A DNA stretch of 64,000 bases from an uncultured bacterium (GCA_963732385.1 CAVSZB010000007.1:480001-544000); one strand, 5' to 3'; positions 18,270 through 26,974 are shown, numbered from the stretch's first letter. Made by a program: numbers and translations. The notes: generated by a model not told the origin, from the sequence alone.

Positions 18270-18665
18270 TCAGGCGTCGGCGAGGAGCAGCGCTATATGC
18301 TCATCGAGCCGTGCCAGCGCCTCGCTCTCGAAGTGCGTAAAAAAGACGGCCACCTCATAACTGTCGGCGGTCGGATCGGGTGCTTCTGGCACGCTGCGCA
18401 CCACGATCCCCTCGCATCGCACCGCCGTGGTGCGGGGCGACTCTCCCAGTGTGGGCGCGGCAACCGGCAGTTCGAGAAGAAGATCGAGCTTGGTCATCGG
18501 CTCGATGAAGTGGTCGGATTGGAAATAGAGTCCGGAGGAGCTGATGTTCAGCGTTTCCAGGCTGGACTGGCGCAGACTGCCGTCGGGGCAGGACACCTGC
18601 ACGGTGACCTTCATTCGCGCATCAACGCGTTGCGCCCGCCGCCGATCGACATTCGAACTTGCCAT
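18270..18665 (-). CDS. Stand-alone PilZ-domain protein
   Basis: DRRRAQR (RxxxR) and NISSSG (D/NxSxxG) c-di-GMP motifs. Confidence 0.88.
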   Translation of the reverse strand: MASSNVDRRRAQRVDARMKVTVQVSCPDGSLRQSSLETLNISSSGLYFQSDHFIEPMTKLDLLLELPVAAPTLGESPRTTAVRCEGIVVRSVPEAPDPTADSYEVAVFFTHFESEALARLDEHIALLLADA

Positions 18666-18708
18666 CTGCCTGGCTCCTTCCCTAAGGACGCACGGCCCGC
18701 CTAACCTG

Positions 18709-18735
18709 GTATCGGCCCGCCGCGCCGGCCCTTGA
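18709..18735 (-). promoter_or_regulatory. sigma28-type promoter of PilZ gene
   Basis: TCAAG-N14-GCCGATAC about 45 nt before ATG. Confidence 0.65.
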
Positions 18736-18797
18736 GCCGGCGCGGCCGCAATCATCCCCACGGGGCGGCGCTATCCGCCGTCCAGGCCGATATCACA

Positions 18798-18887
18798 CTA
18801 CTTCTTCTTGTGCCGGTTCTTGCGCAGGCGCTTCTTGCGTTTGTGCGTGGCGATCTTCTTGCGCTTGCGCTTCCTGCCGTTGGGCAT
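18798..18887 (-). CDS. Small basic ribosomal protein bS22 (AURKAIP1/COX24-like), 29 aa
   Basis: Hand translation MPNGRKRKRKKIATHKRKKRLRKNRHKKK; not in ORF track. Confidence 0.9.
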   Translation of the reverse strand: MPNGRKRKRKKIATHKRKKRLRKNRHKKK

Positions 18888-18984
18888 TCCCTACCGCCTT
18901 TCCACTCTTACGTGCGCGCCCGACGGAGGCGGCGGCGAAATTAAATCACCGGGCGCACACCCCCATCCAGACCATGACCGCTGA

Positions 18985-19013
18985 AGTATAAGCCCGAATG
19001 GGGCACAGGACAA
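18985..19013 (-). promoter_or_regulatory. sigma70-type promoter of bS22 gene
   Basis: TTGTCC-N17-TATACT. Confidence 0.6.
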
Positions 19014-19022
19014 GTCCGGGCG

Positions 19023-19310
19023 TCAGTCGGCCTCGCCATCGTTCAGCCGCGCTTTCAACTCATTGGAAGCCTTGAAATAGGGCACCAGCTTGGCCGGGAC
19101 CATGACCGAATCTCCACTGCGGGGGTTGCGGGCTGTCCGGGAACGCCGACTCTTCACCTTGAAACTGCCGAAGCCGCGCAGTTCGACCTTGTCGCTCGAT
19201 TCGAGGGCGCGGCTGATATTATCGAGGATCAGGTTCACCACGACCCCCGTGTCCTTCTTGCTGACGCCCGTCTTGGCGGCGATCACTTCGACCAGCTCGG
19301 CCTTCGTCAT
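19023..19310 (-). CDS. HU/IHF-family DNA-binding protein
   Basis: MTKAELVE...VELRGFGSF...ARNPRSG...PYFKAS. Confidence 0.95.
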   Translation of the reverse strand: MTKAELVEVIAAKTGVSKKDTGVVVNLILDNISRALESSDKVELRGFGSFKVKSRRSRTARNPRSGDSVMVPAKLVPYFKASNELKARLNDGEAD

Positions 19311-19435
19311 CGTACCCCCCCGCTCTGAAAAAGTCCCTGGCGCCACCCCGATCGGGAGAGACGCAACCCGAAACCCAAGGCCCCATTATCCCCATCGGCT
19401 CGCGGCTGACAAGTGGATTCTGACCAGTCCCGACG

Positions 19436-19726
19436 CTAAATCCCTATATCCGAAGACGATCCCCCGCCGCCCATCGCATCGACTCGCCCCACGATGACTG
19501 AGCGGATCGGACCGTCGCGCCCCAGAACCAGGGCCGCCGAACCCCCCTCATCGCAGAGCAGGACCTGTTCACCCGGCCCGGCGTCGGCCAGATCGACAGC
19601 CAGCAAGGGAGCGCCGCACGGGGCATCCCTGAGGTCGACCGGCTGCACAATAAGCAGCTTGCGGCCCGCCAGAGCCTCGTGCTTGACGGTGGCCACCACA
19701 TCCCCCACCACCCGGCAGACCTTCAC
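19436..19726 (-). CDS. BMC pentamer (EutN/CcmL family)
   Basis: RVVGDVVATVKH...AVDLADAGPGE...IVGRVD. Confidence 0.92.
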   Translation of the reverse strand: MKVCRVVGDVVATVKHEALAGRKLLIVQPVDLRDAPCGAPLLAVDLADAGPGEQVLLCDEGGSAALVLGRDGPIRSVIVGRVDAMGGGGSSSDIGI

Positions 19727-20010
19727 GGCATCCCTCCCGGCCAGGGCGCGTAGCGGACTTCGTCCACGATGCCAAGAATGGCGGCGTCGACCGGGTTGAA
19801 CGGATCCGGCAGGGCCTTGGCGGCTTCGCGCGAGGCGACCCAGAAGACCAGATCGCCCGGTCCGGCACGTGCCGTATCGACCGCCACTAACGGATCCCCG
19901 GCCGGTTCCAGCGCAAAGGTCAGCGGCGCGATCACGAGCAGCCGCTGACCGCGCAGGCCGGGGGACTTGATTGTGGCGACACAGGTCCCGACCACGCGCG
20001 CGAGCTGCAT
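19723..20010 (-). CDS. BMC pentamer (EutN/CcmL family)
   Basis: [15 protein letters not shown]...AVDTARAGPGD...SREAA...VDAAILGIVD. Confidence 0.92.
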   Translation of the reverse strand: MQLARVVGTCVATIKSPGLRGQRLLVIAPLTFALEPAGDPLVAVDTARAGPGDLVFWVASREAAKALPDPFNPVDAAILGIVDEVRYAPWPGGMP

Positions 20011-20011
20011 C

Positions 20012-20626
20012 TCACCCCTCCGGAAGACCGTCGAAGGGGGGAATGTCCCCCAGCAGATCGCGGTCAAGCCAGCGCCGGAGGTCGGCATGGGGCGCCGGGA
20101 TGACTTCGCTGCCGACCAGGAATTCACTGTGGGCCACCGCAGCGCGCGCGGCGGCCACGGCCGCCTCCACGTCGGCCTGCGGACCGCACAACTGCAGGAA
20201 ACCCTTGCCGCCGATGCCGTGCGCCAGCCGCAGGCGATCGAGTCGCACGCCCGCCGCCTTCAACGCGGCATCCGCGGCCCGCACGGCAGCGGCACAGGTC
20301 GTGGTTTCGACCAGGCCGAGCGCCTCTCCGGCAACCCGCCCCGCTCCCGGACGCAGCCCCTCCGGCACGCCAGGATGGAGATCGGCCAGAAAAAGGGCGT
20401 CGACAAGGTGGCAGGCGGCACGCGCGATGCCACTGGCCACGGCCGCTTCGACCGGGGCGACCTCGCCGTCCACCGCGATCAGAAGGCGCCCCCCGGAGAC
20501 CGGCGCCAGCAGCGTGAGACGGACCGGCGCGGTCTTCACCATAACGTCAGCGACGACCACGCCGCGCGCCAGATCCCGGGTCTCCACAAAACCGAGGCTG
20601 CGCCGTCCGGGCGGGTTCGGTTGCAC
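20012..20626 (-). CDS. BMC-T tandem-domain shell protein
   Basis: Two BMC domains: SLGFVET..ADVMVKTA and ALGLVET..ADAALKAA..GIGGKG..VIPAPH; GTG after GGAGGAGG. Confidence 0.9.
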   Translation of the reverse strand: MQPNPPGRRSLGFVETRDLARGVVVADVMVKTAPVRLTLLAPVSGGRLLIAVDGEVAPVEAAVASGIARAACHLVDALFLADLHPGVPEGLRPGAGRVAGEALGLVETTTCAAAVRAADAALKAAGVRLDRLRLAHGIGGKGFLQLCGPQADVEAAVAAARAAVAHSEFLVGSEVIPAPHADLRRWLDRDLLGDIPPFDGLPEG

Positions 20627-20639
20627 GCTGGTCCTCCTC

Positions 20640-22154
20640 CTAGACGATGCGGAACGATCCGACCAGAACACAGCGGCGCCGCCGGCAGAAGCTGCGCGCG
20701 TCGGTCAGTCCCTCACCCGTGGGCGAGGCGATCGTGAAACTTGTCGGTCCCTCGCCACCGGCGCCGAGGCCGGCGGCACAAGATCCGTTCTTGACGAAAA
20801 TGGAACTGTCGATACGCCGGGCCATCAGGCTGAGCATGGCAACGTCCCGCGAGTGCATCATCGCCGTGTGGCGATTGCCCCGCTCGAAGCGCACCGCCAT
20901 CTCGATCGCCTCCCGGACATCGGGCGCCACCACCACCGGTAGTACCGGCAACATCTGCTCCGTCCAGACGAGCGGGTGCTCGGGCGGGACCAACGCCAGC
21001 GCCAGCGGCGGGTCGCCGGTCGTCTGCACGAGGGCAGCGCGCAGGATGCGCGCGGCGTCCTTTCCAATCCACTGCCGATTGATCACCGCCGGTCGGCCGG
21101 GCCCCCTGTTCTCAGCGAGGATGGTCTCCTCCACGCGCACCAGTTCCGCCGGAGTCAGCACGTGGCAGCCGAGGGCCGCCATGGCCTCGATCAGTTGGGA
21201 CGCGATCCGCTCCACGGCCACCGCGACCTTCTCCGCCACGCAGATAATGTTGTTGTCGAACGACGCCCCCGCCACGATGCAGCGGGCCGCGTCGGCGATG
21301 TCCGCCGTGGCATCCACGACCGCCGGCGGATTGCCGGCGCCGGCCGCGATCACCTTCTTGCCCGAGGCGAGAGCTGCCTTGACGACCGCGGGGCCGCCGG
21401 TGACCACGACCAGCCGCACGTCGCGATGGCGCATCAGCGCCTGGGCCGTGTCGATCGTCGGTTCGGCGCAGGCGTGCAGAGGATCGACCGGCGAGCCGGC
21501 GCCGCGCGCCGCGGCGTTGATGATCCGGATCGTCTCGGCCGTGACCCGCCGCGCGCTGGGATGGGCGTTGAACACCACTGTATTGCCACCCGACAGCATG
21601 CTGATGGCATTGTTGATGACAGTTTCGCTCGGATTGGTCACCGGCGTGATGGCTGTGATGACGCCGAAGGGGGCGAACTCGGTCAGGGTGAGGCCGTCAT
21701 CGCCGCTCGTGGCGTCTACGGTGAGGATCTCCGGTCCGGGGGTCTTCGTGATGACGAGGCGGTTCTTCGCGATCTTGTGTGGGACCCGTCCCAGCCCGGT
21801 CTCCTCCACGGCGGCGCGCGCCAGATCATCCACCCGGGCGAGCAACGCGGCACGCACGGCGGCGATGATCTGCTCCCGCTGGCGCAGCGGCAGCTCGCGG
21901 AACCGGGCGAAGGCCGCGAGCGCCGCGGCGACCGCCGCGTCGGGATCGGCGTGCAGTCCCCCGACGCTTCCCGCCCCGACGCGCGTACCCGATACCGGCG
22001 ACGGATCGTCGAACCGTTTCCACGCCGCCGGCGAAACGACCGCCGTCGGTCCTTCCGGGACGGAATCCGCCGCCGCCGCGCCGGTCCGCGCCAGATTGCG
22101 TCGGACGGCAGCACGGATGGTCTCGTCAAGAGGAGACCCGCCAGCCCGCGTCAT
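20640..22154 (-). CDS. CoA-acylating aldehyde dehydrogenase (EutE/PduP type) with N-terminal encapsulation peptide
   Basis: PFGVI..ITPVTNP, TGGPAVV, AGAGNPP, FDNNIIC, FTIASPTGEG; N-terminal helix LDETIRAAVRRNL. Confidence 0.93.
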   Translation of the reverse strand: MTRAGGSPLDETIRAAVRRNLARTGAAAADSVPEGPTAVVSPAAWKRFDDPSPVSGTRVGAGSVGGLHADPDAAVAAALAAFARFRELPLRQREQIIAAVRAALLARVDDLARAAVEETGLGRVPHKIAKNRLVITKTPGPEILTVDATSGDDGLTLTEFAPFGVITAITPVTNPSETVINNAISMLSGGNTVVFNAHPSARRVTAETIRIINAAARGAGSPVDPLHACAEPTIDTAQALMRHRDVRLVVVTGGPAVVKAALASGKKVIAAGAGNPPAVVDATADIADAARCIVAGASFDNNIICVAEKVAVAVERIASQLIEAMAALGCHVLTPAELVRVEETILAENRGPGRPAVINRQWIGKDAARILRAALVQTTGDPPLALALVPPEHPLVWTEQMLPVLPVVVAPDVREAIEMAVRFERGNRHTAMMHSRDVAMLSLMARRIDSSIFVKNGSCAAGLGAGGEGPTSFTIASPTGEGLTDARSFCRRRRCVLVGSFRIV

Positions 22155-22176
22155 CGATTACTCCGTCGTGTTCAGG

Positions 22177-22473
22177 CTACCGCGGGCTCTTGGTGAAACG
22201 CACCGCTCCGTCCGCGTCGACCACATCCACGATGGCCATGATCGTACAGTCGACCGGCCGCCCGTCGGTGGCGGCCGTCAGGCGCGCGGAAGAGCCGGAG
22301 GCGTGCAGCACGACCTCACCCTCGCCCGCGCCGACGGCATCGACCGCCACCAGGAAGACTCCCTTGCCCTGCCCTGCGAGATCACAATTCTCGAGCAGCA
22401 GCAGCGTGGAGCCTTCCAGTTTGGGGTCTTTCCGGGACGCGACGACCGTGCCCACCACTCTCGCCAATTGCAC
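22177..22473 (-). CDS. BMC pentamer (EutN/CcmL family)
   Basis: [16 protein letters not shown]...[11 protein letters not shown]...GSSAR...IMAIVD. Confidence 0.94.
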   Translation of the reverse strand: MQLARVVGTVVASRKDPKLEGSTLLLLENCDLAGQGKGVFLVAVDAVGAGEGEVVLHASGSSARLTAATDGRPVDCTIMAIVDVVDADGAVRFTKSPR

Positions 22474-22482
22474 GGAATCGCC

Positions 22483-22770
22483 TCACTCCTCCGCGACGCC
22501 GCCGATCGGCAGCGCTTCCTGCACGTTGCGGTGCGGGCGCGGGATGACATGGACGCTGACCAACTCGCCGACCTTGCTGGCCGCCGCGGCGCCGGCGTCC
22601 GTGGCCGCCTTGACGGCCGCGACATCGCCGCGCACGATCGCGGTGACGAATCCGCCGCCGATCTTCTCATAGCCCACCAGGTGAACGTTCGCGGCCTTCA
22701 CCATGGCATCGCTGGCTTCGACCATCGCCACGAAGCCGCGGGTCTCGATCATGCCGAGAGCTTCCTTCAT
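22483..22770 (-). CDS. BMC-H hexamer shell protein (EutM/PduA type)
   Basis: [10 protein letters not shown]...[11 protein letters not shown]...[10 protein letters not shown]...HVIPRPH. Confidence 0.96.
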   Translation of the reverse strand: MKEALGMIETRGFVAMVEASDAMVKAANVHLVGYEKIGGGFVTAIVRGDVAAVKAATDAGAAAASKVGELVSVHVIPRPHRNVQEALPIGGVAEE

Positions 22771-22841
22771 CGTCTCCTCCGTAAGCGCGCTGCCCTGGCC
22801 CGACGCCTCCCCGGCGCCGCTACCCCTGCTCGGACAGGGGC

Positions 22842-22870
22842 ACACTATCATCCGCGTAGGGGGCTGTCAA
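22842..22870 (-). promoter_or_regulatory. sigma70-type promoter of BMC operon
   Basis: TTGACA-N17-TAGTGT with TGn extended -10. Confidence 0.65.
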
Positions 22871-22883
22871 TTCGGGGGTTGGC

Positions 22884-23038
22884 AAATAGTTGCGCCCCCG
22901 GTCCGGAGGCGCAATACGACGGAGGGGCATAACAATGTTCCCCACTGCCACCGCGTGCCCGCCGGAAGATACCTACCACACTGAAAGCGTAGGCGCTTCG
23001 ACGGACAAGGCGCGTGCGGCGCAGGAAACATTGTTGCC
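22884..23038 (-). ncRNA. Candidate structured small RNA of about 155 nt (rod plus terminator)
   Basis: Nested stems whose G-U pairs form on the minus strand, a 3' hairpin at 22890-22914, and an upstream -24/-12 promoter pointing at the first stem. Confidence 0.6.
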
Positions 23039-23046
23039 GGTCGTGC

Positions 23047-23062
23047 ATCAAACAGCGTGCCA
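23047..23062 (-). promoter_or_regulatory. sigma54-type promoter (variant -12) of candidate sRNA
   Basis: TGGCAC-GCTGT-TTGAT; predicted +1 near 23036. Confidence 0.55.
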
Positions 23063-23215
23063 GAAGCAGCGGAGCGGGCCGGAGCGTCCGTTGGCGGCGC
23101 CAGATCGCGTCGGGCAGGCGGTTGGCGTCGGAGACGCGATCGGGCGGGACGCGGAACATCGTGCAATTCCGCGCCTTCAGGGGAGCTGTCGGATAGCAGA
23201 ATGCCCGCTTCCGCC

Positions 23216-24634
23216 TCAGGCGCCGGCAGCGAGCGCGGTCAGCAGAGCCGCCTGCTCCGGTCCGAAGAGGCAACCGCGGCGGGCCGTGACGACCCGCGCC
23301 ACCTCGGCCGCCCGCTCACCGTCGAAGCGCGGCCCCCCGGGATCGCCCCAGGTGAAATTGGGCAGGTACTTCGGCGGAAAGCCGGCGCCGAAGACATTGC
23401 TCGCATACCCCACGACGGTGGCGGTGTTGAACAACGTACCGATGGCGCTCTTGGCGTGCTCGCCCATCATCAGACCCACGAACCGCAGCCCGGAGCCGAT
23501 CTCGCCGAGGCCATAGTCGACGCGCACCGGGCCGTAGTTGTTCTTCAGGTCGCTGCAGGTCGTGCCGGCGCCGAGATTGACCCAGCTCCCCAGCGCCGCG
23601 TGCCCAATAAATCCGTCGTGCTGCTTGTTGCCGAAATCCAGAAAGAGGCTCTCGCTGATTTCCCCGGCAACGCGGCAACCGACGCCGATGGAGGTTTCCC
23701 CGAAAATTCGGGCGCCGGACTTGATGATAGCGCCCGGCCCCACGTAGAGCGGTCCCTGCAGATAGACATGCGGCTGCACCGTCACCGCGCGGTCGAGCAC
23801 CACCGGTCCCGGGCCGGCGTCCACCACGACTCCAGGGGCGATCCGTGTCTCGGGCCCCGTCCAGACCGGCCCGCCGACGATGCTGACGCCGGGTCGCTCG
23901 CTGAGCGGGCCGAAAAAGCCTGCCGATTCCCAGGGGGCGCCTGCGGGCCAGGCCGCCGGGTCGGTAACGATGCCGAACGGGCGTCGGTGCAACGACAGAC
24001 CCCCGCCGCAGATCCGCGGCGCGTCCGCTGCGATCGCGGGGCCGAGCGCGGCCACGATGTCCCACAGATGGGCGAAGGCGGGGGGAATCCCGGCGGTCGC
24101 GGAGGCAAAGACCGGGCGCCACGCCGCCACCTTCGGGCCGGAGCGCGCGACCGCGGGAACGAAGCGGGGCGCCCGTTGCTGCCCCGCCGTCCAGATCCCG
24201 GCGCAGTCGGCGTCCGCATCCCAGACGCCCCAAGCGTCGAGAAAAGCGAGCGCCGGCTCCGGCGCCAGACGGCACGCCAGCAGGGAATCGCCCTCCCACC
24301 AGGCCCAGTCGGCGTCCGCACCGGCGGCAACCAGGGCCGCGAGCTGCGACCAATCAGGTCCGAGCCGGGCGTTCAGGTACAGGGCCCCCGCCGGCGCCAC
24401 CCGGAGGCGGCAGGCGTCGGGCCCGACCGCCACGCCATCCGCCACGGTGGCCTGCTGCAGCGGCAGGAGCAGCCGGCGCGGCAGCAGTCCTGGCGTTTCC
24501 CCCCCCGCCAGATACTGCACCCGCTCGCGCAGGGCGAGCATGCCGCAGCGGATTTCGTAAACCGGAAGACTCCAGCTCAGGGGCCGAAAGTCCTCGGCGG
24601 AATGGTCCTCGAACAGGACGACGATCGGCTCCAC
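23216..24634 (-). CDS. GlmU-related sugar nucleotidyltransferase-like protein with hexapeptide beta-helix
   Basis: FRPLSWSLPVYEIRCG N-domain; GEISES...NKQHDGFIGHA.LGSWVNLGAGTTCSDLKNNY; GTG start after GGGAGG. Confidence 0.82.
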   Translation of the reverse strand: MEPIVVLFEDHSAEDFRPLSWSLPVYEIRCGMLALRERVQYLAGGETPGLLPRRLLLPLQQATVADGVAVGPDACRLRVAPAGALYLNARLGPDWSQLAALVAAGADADWAWWEGDSLLACRLAPEPALAFLDAWGVWDADADCAGIWTAGQQRAPRFVPAVARSGPKVAAWRPVFASATAGIPPAFAHLWDIVAALGPAIAADAPRICGGGLSLHRRPFGIVTDPAAWPAGAPWESAGFFGPLSERPGVSIVGGPVWTGPETRIAPGVVVDAGPGPVVLDRAVTVQPHVYLQGPLYVGPGAIIKSGARIFGETSIGVGCRVAGEISESLFLDFGNKQHDGFIGHAALGSWVNLGAGTTCSDLKNNYGPVRVDYGLGEIGSGLRFVGLMMGEHAKSAIGTLFNTATVVGYASNVFGAGFPPKYLPNFTWGDPGGPRFDGERAAEVARVVTARRGCLFGPEQAALLTALAAGA

Positions 24635-24753
24635 GCGGCGACCTCCCGGCGGCGTCATCAGCCCCGCGAATGCGGTGGGGCGGCACGCGCCAACCGGGGT
24701 ATGGTAGCGGCGCGCCGCGGCAGGCACCAGTCGAATTGCGGCGCGCAGGCGCG

Positions 24754-25053
24754 TCAGGCAGGCGCCGGCCGGCGCCGCGCCAAGTGTACGATGAGCCAGA
24801 TCAGCGCTGCCGGCAGCAGCAGAGGCGAAAACAGCGCGAGCAGCGCGGCGGGAATGATGACCAGCGCCACGACGAGCCCGAGTCCGCCCAGCAGCAGCCC
24901 GCCCAGGAGACCGCACACCCCCTTGAGCAGCCAGAGCCCGAGCGTGACGGGCAACAGCAGCAGGCGCAGCAGCAGGCCGATCAGGGAGAAGAAAAAACCG
25001 ACCAGGGCGAACACCCCTGCCAGCGCGACGGCGACGACAGCGATCTCCAGCAT
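24754..25053 (-). CDS. Small multi-TM hypothetical protein
   Basis: Very hydrophobic 99 aa; GGAGGTGAGG SD upstream. Confidence 0.6.
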   Translation of the reverse strand: MLEIAVVAVALAGVFALVGFFFSLIGLLLRLLLLPVTLGLWLLKGVCGLLGGLLLGGLGLVVALVIIPAALLALFSPLLLPAALIWLIVHLARRRPAPA

Positions 25054-25244
25054 CCGACCTCACCTCCGGTTGGTCCTGACTGAGGCCGGCCGGTCGGGGT
25101 GCGGCGGCCAGCAGGGTCTCTACCCCGGGCCTGTGTCCGCTATTCAGCGTCGGATCGACGGGGCGGGGAAGCAAATGCGGCATCCGGCCGGAGCCTGAAG
25201 CCGCACGCATGACCAGAACCGGGCCAGGACGCACGGCGCCCAGG

Positions 25245-26231
25245 CTAACTCAGCAGCCGGACGCCCTCGAGCACGAGGGCGGCGATCAGTGCGGAGGCGG
25301 GAATCGTGAGGACCCAGACCCACACGATGCGCGTCGCCACACCCCAGCGCACGGCCGAAAATCGCTTCAGCGAGCCGACCCCCATGATCGCACCGGTAAT
25401 GGTGTGGGTCGTGGAAACCGGGATCCCGAGCGCCGCCGTGCCCAGGAGAGTGATCGCACCGGCCGATTCGGCCGCGAAGCCGTCCACCGGCCGCAGTTGC
25501 GTGATGCGCATGCCCATCGTGCGCACGATCCGCCAACCCCCCGACAGGGTGCCGAGACCGATCGCGGCGTGACAGGCGAGCACCACCCAGAACGGGATAC
25601 TGAATTCCTTCGACAATCCGGACGTATAGAGCACGCCGGCGATGATGCCCATCGTCTTCTGGGCGTCGTTGGTACCGTGGCCAAGGCTGTAGAGTGCCGC
25701 CGACACCAACTGCAGCCGGCGGAACAGCCGGTCCACGCGTTGCGGTGTCTGCCGTCGGCAGATCCAGTTGATCGCGATCATCAGCAGCAGGCCGATCAGC
25801 ATGCCGAGCAGGGGGGCGACGACGATGAACACCACGGTGCGCGTCCAGCCGCTCCAGATGATGGCGTCGAAACCGGCCCACGCCGCCGCGGCCCCGGCAT
25901 AGCCGCCGATCAGCGCGTGCGAACTGCTCGTTGGCATGCCGAAGTACCAGGTGATCAGATCCCAGACGATGGCGCCGACCAGACCGGCCAGGATGACCTG
26001 CGGCGTGACGGCTTCGATGTGGATCAGACCCTTGCCCATCATCTTGGCGATATGCAGCCCGAAGCCGAAAGCCGCCACGAAATTAAAGAAGGCGGCCCAG
26101 AGCACCGCCCGCCCCGGCGTGAGCACCCGGGTCGAGACGACCGTGGCGATGGAATTCGCGGCGTCGTGGAAGCCGTTGATAAAATCGAAAATCAGCGCGA
26201 GCGCGATGAGGAAGATGGCCAGCGCGAGCAT
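25245..26231 (-). CDS. pit: PiT-family inorganic phosphate transporter
   Basis: GFHDAANSIAT, PTSSSHALIG, HGTNDAQKTMG, PVSTTH. Confidence 0.95.
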   Translation of the reverse strand: MLALAIFLIALALIFDFINGFHDAANSIATVVSTRVLTPGRAVLWAAFFNFVAAFGFGLHIAKMMGKGLIHIEAVTPQVILAGLVGAIVWDLITWYFGMPTSSSHALIGGYAGAAAAWAGFDAIIWSGWTRTVVFIVVAPLLGMLIGLLLMIAINWICRRQTPQRVDRLFRRLQLVSAALYSLGHGTNDAQKTMGIIAGVLYTSGLSKEFSIPFWVVLACHAAIGLGTLSGGWRIVRTMGMRITQLRPVDGFAAESAGAITLLGTAALGIPVSTTHTITGAIMGVGSLKRFSAVRWGVATRIVWVWVLTIPASALIAALVLEGVRLLS

Positions 26232-26233
26232 GC

Positions 26234-26881
26234 TCAGCCCTGCTTGACCAGGATGTTCTCGATCAACACCGCCGCGTCCTCGCAACGGTCGGTGGCCGAC
26301 TCCAGCATCGCCAGCAGCTCGCGGGTCTTGATCAACTGGATGGCGTCAGTCTCCTCCTGGAAGAGATGCGCAAGCGCCCGGTGGAAGACACCGTCCGCCT
26401 GGTTCTCGTACGCATTGATGCGGACGCACGACTCTTTGATCTTGGCGGCATGGCGCAGGTCGTGCAGCAACGGCACGGCGCGCCGCAGCTCGCCCACGGC
26501 CTTATCGATGATCTCCGCCAGATCGCGCACCGGATCGCCGAATTCGGTGATGTTATAGAGCAGGATGCAGGTGGCGGCGCGGTCGATGTGGTCGAGGATG
26601 TCGTCGAGCGCGCTGGCGAGGCTGCCAATGTCCTCGCGATCGAGCGGCGTGATGAAGGTCAGGCTGAGTTCGCGGTATATCTGGTGGGTGAAATCATCGC
26701 CGCGATGCTCGTAATCCTCCACGCGCCGCGCGCAGGCGCGCCTCTCCTCGGCGCCGGGCGCCTCCAGCATCGCGCGCAGCACCCCGCACGCTTCGCCGAT
26801 ATTCTCCACATCCTGCACGAAAAGCGCGAGAAAACGATCCTCACGCGGCAGAAGCCTGCGTAACCAGCGGTCGATTATCAT
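26234..26881 (-). CDS. DUF47 / PhoU-like Pit accessory protein
   Basis: EHRGD...TFITPLDREDI..LASALDDILD...ENQAD...TDRCED. Confidence 0.92.
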   Translation of the reverse strand: MIIDRWLRRLLPREDRFLALFVQDVENIGEACGVLRAMLEAPGAEERRACARRVEDYEHRGDDFTHQIYRELSLTFITPLDREDIGSLASALDDILDHIDRAATCILLYNITEFGDPVRDLAEIIDKAVGELRRAVPLLHDLRHAAKIKESCVRINAYENQADGVFHRALAHLFQEETDAIQLIKTRELLAMLESATDRCEDAAVLIENILVKQG

Positions 26882-26974
26882 GGCGCGCCTCCGGCGGGAT
26901 TGGCCTGATCGCTGGGAACCTAACGGGGCGCACCCCAACCGACAAGGACAATCATGTCCCGGATCGGGAGGCGC

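Noticed and set aside
18786..18793. GCCGATAT as a plus-strand sigma28 -10 box
   Set aside because: No TCAAG/TAAA at the right distance and no sense gene downstream
22880..22894. TGGCAAATAGTTGC as a sigma54 promoter (also similar sites near 15306 and 16977)
   Set aside because: GG-to-GC spacing is 9 nt, not the required 10
20647..22932. Long antisense or alternate-frame ORFs (761 aa here; also 23057..25198, 34376..36937, 52015..54357, 27692..29782)
   Set aside because: Shadows of real genes in high-GC DNA; Arg/Pro/Ala-rich with no family motifs
22884..23038. Calling the RNA candidate 6S, SRP or CsrB-like
   Set aside because: No large central bubble, no SRP GGAA-loop motif and few GGA loops; left unassigned pending an Rfam search
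22848..23273. ORFs 22848..23273, 22867..23166 and 22890..23516 as genes
   Set aside because: No motifs or convincing RBS; the region is better explained by promoters and RNA structure
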